DNA from: Macrostomum lignano
Taxonomy: Eukaryota
Direction: 5' to 3'
Length of the DNA stretch: 64,000 nt
Assembly: GCA_002269645.1 (NCBI GenBank)
Contig: NIVC01001113.1
Location: 292,077-356,076 of the forward strand
Part shown: positions 1-9,335 of the stretch, one piece after another
Layout of the letters: each line of letters starts with the position of its first letter
How positions within the stretch are numbered: position 1 is the stretch's first letter
Position numbers and translations under genes: made by a program
The notes under the pieces: generated by a model
What the model was told of the DNA's origin: nothing
Databases searched by the model: none
The model's input: the letters and a program-made list of their open reading frames with translations, nothing else

Positions 1-205
1 GACCTCAGTCCCTGCGATTTCAGCCTTTCCCAAAGCTTAAGAACCAGCTTCAAGGGTATTCAAGGGAACCAGCATCCAGGCAGCGAGATCGGCCGCATTG
101 CAAAAGACCTGTGCAAATCTGGCGCTGCTGACGGCGTCCACAAGTTGCCTGGCTGCTGGTAGCGCATGATTCAAACCAACGGAAGTTATTTTGAAGTTGC
201 TTGAG
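1..205 (+). pseudogene. Degraded mariner transposase C-terminus (runs off window start)
   Basis: Reads DLSPCDFSL/(frameshift)FPKLKNQLQG...VHKLPGCW*RMIQTNGSYFE, matching the mariner (Y)SPDLxPxDFxLFxxLK and C-terminal GxYFE motifs; contains a frameshift and a stop. Confidence 0.85.
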
Positions 206-250
206 CTGTTCACTGTTCTGACACTCGTTTGTTGAAAATTAATAAGTGTT

Positions 251-600
251 TAATGAAACAGAAGGGGAGAAGAGGGTGGAAGCTGGAGGGGAGGGTTGGG
301 GCTAGAGGAAAGGGGTGGGGCTGGAGGGAAGGGGAGGGGCTGGAGGGAAGGGGTAGGGCTGGAGGGAAGGGGTGGGGCTGGAAGGAAGGGGTGGGGCTGG
401 AGAGAAGGGGTGGGTCTAGAGGAGAGAAAAGGGTGGAAGCTGGAGGGGAGTGTGGGGCTAGAGGGAAGGAGGGTGGGGCTGAAGGATAGGATAGTGGGAC
501 TAGAGGCTAGGAAGGTAGGGCTAGAGGGTAGGAGGGTGAGATTATAAAAAAGGGTAAGAATTTAATGGGAAAACATTGTGGGACTGAGGAGGAGGGTAAT
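251..600 (+). repeat. Purine-rich degenerate tandem repeat (GGGGCTGGAGGGAAG-like)
   Basis: Repeated ggggctggagggaag / gggctagagg units; the overlapping G/E/R-rich ORFs are translations of the repeat. Confidence 0.85.
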
Positions 601-1309
601 ACTGAAGGGAAAAGAAGGTGAGGCTTTAGAGAAGAGAATATGGGCTAGAAAGAAAAAGGTAAGGCCTAGCATTAGAGGGAAAGAAAAGGTCACAACTAGA
701 GGGATATCATGACTTTATATAGTGGCAATGAATAGTTATTACTTAGTCTATAGTTGATTAGACTATGGCTAATTATTTCAAAAAAGATTTTTATTCTAGG
801 CATGCTTTATCTTATATAGTTATATTCTTACTTTTAATTCCCATAAAACAATATTATTAAAACATTTTAATATAAAACATTATAAACATAGGCTAGGCTT
901 AGGTCTAATAAAAAGATAGGCCTAAGCTACTTAAATTAAAGAAGGACCAAATGAATTTTAGATCCAAAGAAAAAAAGATTCTTAATCCTATTATCATTAA
1001 AAAACATATTCTAATATAGCATAAAGGCTTTATAACACAAAAGAAAAGAAAATATTTTAGACTTAGACCTACTAGGGCCTAGTCAATAGTAGAAAAGAAT
1101 CAATGATTTGAAATAGAAGGCTTTGTATTACTATTAGGTAAAAATTACTAGGTAGGTAGTTTTTATCTATTGCTATTAGATTTTAGAAGCCTAGACAGCT
1201 TATTAAATATGCACTTTGCCTAGGCTAAACAAAAAAATAGATATAGTTATGTAAATTTTAAATGATTCCAAAGTCTAAAGAGCAATAAATAAATGTGTAA
1301 GCCTAACTA

Positions 1310-2828
1310 ATTATAACAAACATTATAAAGTTTTCAACATTCTTACCCATTAGAGCTGTGGCTATAACGGATTCCTAACTCTTTCTGTGCTCTGGATCTG
1401 GATGAATTTGGTTATGCAGATTAACAATGTCATAGTCGTCATCACTAACTCTAAGTACATCCGAGTAATTATATCCCACCGATTTATTAACGTAATCGTC
1501 ATATCTATACTCGTGAAACTCACCTGTAACGAGGTCATATACTCCATCATCAAACCCTAGCAAATTCCATTTCATTTCGAATTCAATTTCATTGTTAGTA
1601 AACCTCTCTTTGAACAAAGTAGTTACCTGTTTGAGTTTGTTGGGTCCTTGTATTGAATTTATATTCTTCATTGCACTCTGTAGTTTCTTTTCAAGTACTT
1701 TTAACTTCTCTTTATCATCAGCCGCCTTCTTAATTGCAATTTCGAGTCTAGTCTTTTGGTGGTTTAACCCACTGCTAACAAGGTGTGATATTTTAAGAAA
1801 TATGTCATTTATACTACTTAGTTCTCTACTTATCATCATCAAAATAGTAAATACCATCGCTATTGTAAATTATATTATTCTTCTTATATTCATAAACAAA
1901 GTTGGTTAAGTTAACATCAGTGAAATTATCATCAAGATACTCAATCCTATCATAGTAATCATATTTGCTTTTCCATTCCTTATATTTACTATAGTTTTTT
2001 TCACTAGCCCATTTCTTCAACGTACCGTCCATTTCTTCTGTCCTCTCGATCAGCAGAGCTGGTATTAGTGCTATTCCACAGCTTCTTACATGCCTCGGAA
2101 TCGAACTTATCATAATTGACTTTATATTAATCAGTGAATACTTTGTACATTTCATCACCACTGTCTATGTCGCGGAGTATGAGTGCTACCTTGTACCAAG
2201 AATCATAGTCTTGGTTTTTGTGTTGTATTATATTTAACAACTTTGAAACTCCTTCACAAGTGGGTGGTGGAACGGCGCTTTTTAGTGCTTGTTTATCGGG
2301 TTCTTGGTTTTCTGTTTTATCCTGTGGCTTAATTAATCTATTTATCTCATCAAGAATTACATCTGGCATGTCTATTAACCCTTCGGGCTTTATACGTTTG
2401 TATTCCTTAATTTCACCGACATAATAGAAACCTGGTGGAGCAAATACTAAAGCCGGAATATCAAAACCAACACTTTGTTGAATCGTTACTTTTAATCTAT
2501 CTACCTTGTTAAAGTGAAAGTGATGACCCCTGTTTGTCTGAACAATCCAATCACAATAAGTCATACACAGTTCATTCAACTCAGGGCATAGGTCAGCATT
2601 ATCAATATCTATTACGGTTATATTTGAATTTCGAGTATCTATCCAAATCATGTTGTCTACCTCTGGTTGAAATGGTGGGGAGGTTGAATTCCTATCTGCT
2701 TTGGTTGGCATTCCTGACGGTATTTTTTTCTTTGTTTGAGAGACACTTGAATCGTTTGGATTTTTTCCTTCCGTTTTATTAAAAATAAATTTAACAATAT
2801 AATTTATCGGTTTCAATGTATTTGTCAA
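1310..2828 (-). pseudogene. Viral primase-polymerase / PriCT-2 / D5-N gene, frameshifted and truncated before the helicase Walker A
   Basis: ORF 2127-2828 has VIDID...TNRGHHFHF (primpol) and DYDSWYKVALIL (PriCT-2). 1826-2161 continues with GTLKKWASE. 1375-1857 has LLGFDDGVYDLVTGEF...DDYVNKSVGYNY (D5_N). Past a stop it reads ESVIATALMGKNVENF, then ends. Confidence 0.8.
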
Positions 2829-3133
2829 GGGTTATGGGGGGGTTTGAAAATGCTCAATTTCAGCATGACGAAAGATTCATCATTCCTTATGTGCTGTCTC
2901 GAAATCAATGCCCATTTATCAACATGTGCAAGATATACTCGGAATGAATACAAATATGGGGGGCATTTACGATCGGTGTGTTTTAATATTTCTGCTTTAT
3001 ATTCATCGTAAGCTTTATCAACTTCTTCAATTAATCGAGCCTTTCGAATGGGTGTTTTTATTTGAGAGAAATTTATAATAGAATCATAATATTTTAGTGG
3101 CAGTACATTTCGAACATTTGGGTTACCTTCCAT
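2825..3133 (-). CDS. Hypothetical viral protein (102 aa), abutting the primase gene
   Basis: ATG preceded by an A-run; overlaps the primase start by 4 nt; no recognised domain. Confidence 0.45.
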   Translation of the reverse strand: MEGNPNVRNVLPLKYYDSIINFSQIKTPIRKARLIEEVDKAYDEYKAEILKHTDRKCPPYLYSFRVYLAHVDKWALISRQHIRNDESFVMLKLSIFKPPHNP

Positions 3134-3269
3134 TTTTTCTAGGAAAATTTAGCCATGTAGTTTTCATTTTTAGTTTAAGTTATTAAGTTTTAAGCTAGTT
3201 TTGCATGACCTCTTTGATTATATTATGACTCAGAGTTGTTCTTTGGCAGAGTAGGCAAACTTCACTCAA

Positions 3270-3600
3270 TTGCCCCGAAGGGTCGCAGACAGTCTGATGA
3301 GTAACACAGGAATTCGAGGCTCTATTTGCGCCACACACAAACAAGCGCGCCGCAACAATATAGTCCACTAAATCAAACTTCATTCTATAGTTCCGAAAGA
3401 ACGCGGACTCCGTCCGATTGCCCCGAGGGGTCGCAGACACAGTTTGATGACTAACACAGGAATTTGGGGGTCTACTCGCGCTACTCACAAACAAGCTCAC
3501 CTCACAACAATAGGGTTGACTAAAGAAAACTTCATTTTATCGCCCGAAGGGTCGCAGAGGCTGTTTATGACTAACACAGGAATTCGGGGTTATCGTGTGC
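3270..3600. repeat. Three copies of a 120-150 bp repeat with core ATGA(C/G)TAACACAGGAATT; fourth copy at 9170-9250
   Basis: Core aacacaggaatt at 3303, 3453, 3573 and 9177 with shared flanks (cccgaagggtcgcaga; cacaaacaa...caacaata). Confidence 0.85.
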
Positions 3601-3846
3601 CCATCCACCCACGGCAAAACACTCTGAGTCACGCTTTCAATTCAAACCAAAACGCAAGGCCAAAAATTTTTCTCACGTGTTGCTCTCGACATGTGAGTTG
3701 AATGGATTGCATGAATTCTATCTATTGTCATGAAAAAAATATATATATGAGCACCCCGCCGCAACTGAATAGTCGTATGGCCCGCCACAGCAGAATAGAC
3801 ATTTCACCCTGTTTTATAACATAGAATTTTCTAGTTATCTAAAATA

Positions 3847-4670
3847 ATGGCCTCCTCTACTCCCATCCATAGTCAGATAATCAACACTATTAAGAGCATT
3901 AGCACCAAAGATTCAAATAGTTCCGCCGTTGTTAGTAAGTTGGATGCTGATGAGCAGCAGCAACTACTAAAAATTCTGAAACTAATAGAAAGTCAGTCCA
4001 CGAAGAAAGATCACACCCGAGAGAAACTCAACAACAAAGAGGCAAAGCATCTAAGAGAAGCGCGATTTATTGCTCTCTTGACGGAAAAGCTTGACAATGT
4101 GAAAAACGAGTCAATTGTCGTCAAAACTCGGTAAGTTTTATTACAGAATCTTATCACATAGTCAATAACTTTTCAATGAGAAAACAACATTTTATTTCAG
4201 TTTCTATATGAGGATCTATGGATCTATGTGAGGAGGAACTTGGTCAGGAGGAAGGTCAACTAATCGTTCAGTTTTCTAAGTTGCAAGACTTTATTAGCAG
4301 TCTAGAAATTTTAGCCTGCCTATCTAGAAGGAAGCAGGCAGAAGTTATTGCCAAGCTACGCGAATCCCTTGGCTTGAGCATCAAAGGCGTTGCTGCTAAA
4401 CTGCAAATCGATGAAAAGTTCGCTGAAAGACTCTATACTTTTCACAATCTAATCGTCAAATATCCAGTCCTAGTGGTATCAGGTTACAACTTTGAAACAC
4501 TGCTAACCCACAAGGCTCTTATTCAGAAAAAGGCGGCAGAAGACGAGAACTTTGCTTGCCGCCTTGGAGTTTCGCCAAACATACGATACGAGGGCGCTGA
4601 CGAGACCGACGAAGATATGCTGCTAGACGAAGCAACTGATGACATGGCAAAGTCATTAATTTCTGGATAA
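3847..4670 (+). pseudogene. Two-exon viral gene of unknown function, possible helix-turn-helix protein (exon 1 3847-4130, intron 4131-4200, exon 2 4201-4670)
   Basis: GTAAGT donor at 4131, TTTATTTCAG acceptor ending at 4200; paralogous to 16203-17186 with an intron at the same position and phase; small frameshift at the start of exon 2. Confidence 0.6.
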
Positions 4671-4838
4671 AAAATGTCCAGAAAAATTTCTGGAGATCCA
4701 GAAAAACTGATTTAACACGAAAAAATCATTTTACTGCTTTCGTTACTACACAAAGTAGGATACAAAACATCTTTTTTAAAAAATACACAAACTGAGCCAA
4801 GTTACCATCTTTAGATTAAAAAATATTCTTTTGTGTGT

Positions 4839-5687
4839 TCACGCATTCATTTTTCTGTTACGAAAAATAGACAAAAATGGCACACCATACGCAAGTATAC
4901 AATTTGAATGAATTGCAAGTAGGAGACCCAGTAGAGTATCTATGTATGGTGATTCAACTCCTGGAAGCTTAGGGTAGCTCGAGGTGTCTGTTCTATTAGA
5001 TGCCTTAAGTTCGACAGTGTCTTGTTTAATTGTATGGGACGGTTTCAATCCAGTCATGCGTGTGATTTCATTGTTCAGTTGCTCTATAACAGTGGGGAGG
5101 CGGTCTGTCGATTTTGTATAGTATTGGCCACTTTTTAGTTTTAGCGCCTCTGCTGTCTGCTTAGTGAATAGTCTCTTGGCTAGAGTTAGATTGAATCTTT
5201 CCACAAAAGCCTGGTCTCTGTGGAGCTCAGTTCTTCCGTAGCGCATTTTCGTATTGTTCTTTTCCATAAGCGATTTGACTGTACCCATGCCAGGATCAGT
5301 CATAAAGGTTTGGGGGTATGTGAGCGGAGAGTTTTTGTAAATTTCTTGGAGGGCAGCTGCAACTGCTTCTGACTTCTTTGTCTTAAGTGGTCTCGCTTCC
5401 TTATATCTGGAGGCAGTCTATAACTGTGAGAGCATACTTGTAGCCTGAGTCATTGGGGAGAAACAGAAGATCTGTTTGGTGCGCCTCATTAGGTTTATAG
5501 ATGTTAAAGTGAGGTCCTGTAAATTGGACAGGTGGGAAATAGACTTGGTAGACTTCTTGGTTGAAGAGCCATCTTTCAACTGTTTGTTTTAATTCATTAC
5601 AAAGTTCTGCGAGTTTGGTGACTGCATTTTTCCTACAAAGAATCCTTCGTCGCTGTAGTAGAGCTTTTGAAATTTCTGATCTGTCAT
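4839..5687 (-). pseudogene. int: Retroviral-like (rve) Maverick integrase, copy A, frameshifted
   Basis: Starts MTDQKFQKLYYSDEGFF at 5687; ORF 4839-5303 has MTDPG...VERFNLTLAKRLF; near-identical protein to 18202+. Confidence 0.9.
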
Positions 5688-5718
5688 TTTTTTTAAAAAG
5701 AAAATTTTAAATAAAAAA

Positions 5719-6189
5719 TTGCAACGCTATGGTGGTAACTTAGATTCACATGGACTGATAGAAAAGCTTCCTCATCCAGACAAAGGCTGGACAATTCCCG
5801 GCTACAAATATTGCGGGCCTTCGAATCCACAAATACAGTTAGAGAAAAACAATAATCCAAATCCTGGGCATGAGCCTGTGAACGAGCTAGACTCTGTCTG
5901 CATGTGGCACGACGTTAGGTATAGGGATTTTCCTGGGGAGAAGAATCGCTGGGACAAAGAAATGCTTAGAAAAGACAATATGGGGACTTCAAGCGGGTGG
6001 AGGGAATCGATCGCTCGGAAGCTAGTTAAAGCTGTTATTTTTGGAAAGACAAATCTGGGGTTGGGGCTTGGCGGCTGTTTGGGAGAAGGGGCGGGTTTTG
6101 TATTGCATGCGCCAAGTAAAGAACTAGGAAGACTGCTGAAAGAGCTGGGGGTTGAGAGAGCAGAATCATTGTTAATCGAATTTAGCTAG
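5719..6189 (+). CDS. Parvovirus-type phospholipase A2 domain protein (PLA2X-like), copy A; ATG replaced by TTG
   Basis: PGYKYCGPSN calcium-loop and LDSVCMWHDVRY catalytic HD motifs; the paralog in B starts with ATG at the same position. Confidence 0.85.
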   Translation: MQRYGGNLDSHGLIEKLPHPDKGWTIPGYKYCGPSNPQIQLEKNNNPNPGHEPVNELDSVCMWHDVRYRDFPGEKNRWDKEMLRKDNMGTSSGWRESIARKLVKAVIFGKTNLGLGLGGCLGEGAGFVLHAPSKELGRLLKELGVERAESLLIEFS

Positions 6190-6799
6190 CATAATTTAGC
6201 AAATTTTTAGCCACGTCTGAACTGAACTGCGCATAACCAAGGCTCAGCAACCACTACCACAAACCCCCACCTCATGACGGTTTTTAAGTAAAGGCGGAAG
6301 CCAGCCAGCCCTCTTCACTCAATTGCTATTAGAAAACGCAATGGCTGAAAGAATTAGTTAGAACCGCTCGACTTAACACATTTGTGAACGATTTGATTAA
6401 TTTAATACCTTTAGACGAGAGAGATGGACTCCAACAATTGTTGGAAATCTCTCTTCTCTTTCATGGTGGAAATCTCTCTTTCCATCATGCTTCTCCTTCA
6501 TGCTCCTCACCTCACCCTATGCTGTGTACAGAGAAGTCTCACCCCTCACTTTCACACGCCTCTTGTTCTATCGTACACTGAGCTATATTGATTGTTTTTC
6601 CCTGCTTGACTCCAAGATTGTACAGTCTAGAATTTTATGGCATTCTACGCCTGGCAGGGTCTGAAAAGGGGTATGGTGTGGAGGCGAGCCGATTTGTTGA
6701 ATCAGGGGTAAAAAAATAGCAGGGTTAGTTAGGGGAAGAGTTTGCCTCTTATAAAGCCACTGCTGCAGTTCACTGCTGCTTTCTATAAAGATTTAGAAA

Positions 6800-7475
6800 A
6801 TGGAAGTCGAGTGGAATCTTCATTAGACAGATAAGCAAGGCCTTTGTGCCATGCTACAAAGAACTTTACAGGATATGCCATCACATCTACAAGCAAGAAG
6901 AAGAGAGGAACTAACCACCTTTTTCGGTCTAGAAACTGGCGACCTTACCAATCGAGTTTTTCACCACGGCCCCTGATGATATCACCGCAGCGAATGAAGC
7001 GCAAAATGTGAGAAGCGAAGAGAAGAAGATGGCGGATCGGCAGAAGAAGATGGCGGATCTGCAGAAATTCGGGGAGAAGCTGTACGCATCCCGCGTAACA
7101 CTAACTGATAAGCTGATGGATGCTGTTGATCACCAGCTTCCATCTAGCGAGCAGAACATCATCACTAGGGTCAAGGCAGCTCTAGCAAAGTATAAGAAGA
7201 CTCAAATTGGAGGTCTACATTGGATTCTCAAGGTTGGGCGGCTGCTTTCAACTTATCGCACTGAAGAGAAAAAAATAATTTTGAACAAGGTGTTAAAGTG
7301 CGGTTCGCCCATTTGTGCAAAAATGTTAACATCCAGCAATCAACTGGCTATTTTTACATTCGTCTCTACAAACTCTGTTACCTACCCAGGCTTGAGACAG
7401 GTGTCGATGCCAATTAGGGAATTAAACTCTAAGATGAAGTTTCTAGAAGAAATTTTAGCTCATGATCCTGCGTGA
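6800..7475 (+). pseudogene. Hypothetical viral protein with 5' lesions; possibly a distant paralog of the 3847/16203 family
   Basis: ATG at 6800 followed by a stop and a frameshift into ORF 7008-7475; IFTF...TYPGL...REL resembles LYTF...KYPVL...ETL of the 4218 ORF. Confidence 0.45.
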
Positions 7476-7514
7476 AAAACTGTGTAATTTTTTAATTTAG
7501 TTCATTTAGAATTT

Positions 7515-7790
7515 TTCTAACGCGTTAGAATTTCAACTACTAACTGGAGGCAACCGATTGGTTAAGTAGGGGAGGGTAGCAATTTTCTCAGTGCTGCGTG
7601 CAGCTCAATCGGTGGGTTTTGAATTCTAACGCTGTTAAAAATTTCTATGTAAAAATTTGGTGTGCCCAAGCTTGTCTTGCAGGAAACTTTTCACATAGAA
7701 ATTTCTAACAGCGTTAGAAAATCTAGCTGCTGGCTCAAAGGAACGCTAGGCTGGCTCGGTATGTCGTCGAAAAATTCTAACGCTGTTAGA
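7515..7790. repeat. Array of four palindromic TTCTAAC(G/GCT/AGC)GTTAGAA-type motifs
   Basis: Perfect 16-bp palindrome ttctaacgcgttagaa at 7515-7530; variants at 7624, 7703 and 7775. Confidence 0.8.
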
Positions 7791-8059
7791 CAATTCTGAG
7801 AGCATACATAGTGTCTGTTTTTTCTATTAATTTTTTATAATTTTGTAAGAATTAATAAATATCCTATCAGCTGTGCAACCGTTAATATCAACGCCGGGCC
7901 AATATTTTCTCATGTACTCACTGCATTCAAGGTTTGCATTGGTACTTACTCTTGTAATTAGGCTCGTGCGCTTTGTAATAAGAACCTGGAGAGACGATTG
8001 GAAGCATTTTTATTGAGAACTTAATTTTTTTTCAAAGGGCAAGTGCAGCCCACTCTTTT

Positions 8060-8466
8060 TTCTGATTCTGTCAGAGATAATATGGATGGATTTGATCGGA
8101 TTATGTTCGAAGTTTTCGGAGCAAGTGCGACCCCCCTTTTTTATTCTGTCGGGGATAATATGGATGGATTTAATGGGATTATGTTCGAAGTTTTCAGAGC
8201 AAGTGCGACCCCCCTTTTTTCTGATTCTGTCGGGAATAATATGGATGGATTTAATGGGATCATGGACGACGTTTTCGGAGTAAGTACGACCCCCCTTTTT
8301 TCTGATTTTGTCGGGGATAATATGGATGGATTTAATGGGATTATGTTCGAAGTTTTCAAAGCAAGTGTGACTTTTTTTTATTCTGTCGGGGATAATATGG
8401 ATGGATTTAATGGGATTATGGACGACGTTAAAAATTTTGTCCCAGAAGCCCCTCATGCATTCTACT
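8060..8466. repeat. Sub-terminal 75-81 bp tandem repeat (5 units) plus terminus of fragment A
   Basis: att(c/t)tgtc unit starts at 8065, 8143, 8224, 8305 and 8380; the same unit occurs twice at 31220-31391. Confidence 0.9.
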
Positions 8467-8760
8467 ATTCTCCGACTCGCTAGTTTCATAAGAACTATTT
8501 GTTGACTCAGAATCTGTTGAACGAACCTCCCAATCCTCTGAATTTAAATAATCACCAAGTTGAAATATTAGCTCCCCCTCATGTTCTAAATCATATAACC
8601 CATCCAACTGTAGCGGATAAAGTTTTAATTCGTGCCTATCGTCATATTTTAAATAAACCTCATCGATTATTCCATTCAATATATGCTGTTTTATTATCTC
8701 TGCATTTTTAGCAACAGCTTCAAAAGTATCACTTACTGAAAAGTTGAAAACACGGCTCAT
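8467..8760 (-). pseudogene. Hypothetical viral ORF interrupted by the terminus of fragment A
   Basis: A5-ATG start at 8760; the reading frame runs into the CATTCTACT terminus at 8466. Confidence 0.45.
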
Positions 8761-8855
8761 TTTTTGTAACAGAAAAACTCTTTTAAGACCCTTTGCGCCT
8801 GCGGCGCGGGCGGGGGTTATTGTCTGTTAGTTGCTGTTGGGTGTGTTGGTTAGAT

Positions 8856-9169
8856 AGTAGTAGGCAAAACAACGCTTCTAGATCAGACCCTATAAGAGTC
8901 TAGAGGGGGCGGTCAAGTTTATAGCACAAACACATTTTTATGTTTGTGTCCGTTTTTAAGTATTGGTTGTTATATGTGGATTGTTGTGGGGTTTGGCGTT
9001 TTTTGAATTGGTTAGTGTTATTGGTGCTTTTTGGGGGGTTGGGTGCTTTTTGGGATTGGATGGTGCAATTTAGTGTTTTTTTTATTTTCCCCCGACCGCC
9101 CCCTCTGGACTTCTAAATGAGGTGTTTATTAGGGGCTCTGGGTCTAGAAGCGTTGTTTTGCCTACTACT
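8856..9169. mobile_element. 314-bp miniature element with Maverick-type termini (AGTAGTAGG...CCTACTACT)
   Basis: First 27 bp (agtagtaggcaaaacaacgcttctaga) form a perfect inverted repeat, plus a shared internal agagggggcggtc; no 6-bp TSD (ttagat / gatgac). Confidence 0.7.
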
Positions 9170-9335
9170 GATGACTAACACAGGAATTCGGGCTTCTATT
9201 CGCGCTAAACACAAACAATCTCGCACCGTAACAATATGGCCAGCTATTATCTGACCCCCGTAGACTTGCGACTTGAATAGATACTGTAGAGGTTCTACCT
9301 CGCGCCCACCCACTCAAAATACCAATCTGACCATA

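Larger units (their letters stand above)
4800..8466 (-). mobile_element. Maverick/adintovirus fragment A: inverted terminal arm of a relative of element B
   Basis: Ends in ...CATTCTACT at 8466, the same terminus as B. Integrase and PLA2 genes are closely similar to those of B in inverted orientation. 7870-8466 resembles 30870-31391. The other end was not found. Confidence 0.7.

Noticed and set aside
229-547. G/E/R-rich ORFs
   Set aside because: Translations of a purine-rich simple repeat.
700-1310. RIP/APOBEC-like hypermutation suggested by many TAG/CTA words
   Set aside because: CpA dinucleotides remain frequent; simple AT-rich decay explains it.
3690-3705. agttgaatg as the missing second terminus of fragment A
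   Set aside because: Only a 9-mer with a mismatch, no following TIR similarity and no matching TSD (expected attctc).
8060-8430. CRISPR-like appearance of repeated units
   Set aside because: Units are contiguous tandem copies without unique spacers; eukaryotic context and no cas genes.
8010-8489. Repeat-encoded ORFs on both strands (159 aa and 146 aa)
   Set aside because: Units are multiples of 3, but the array is the sub-terminal repeat of the Maverick end; open frames on both strands suggest a by-product, not genes.
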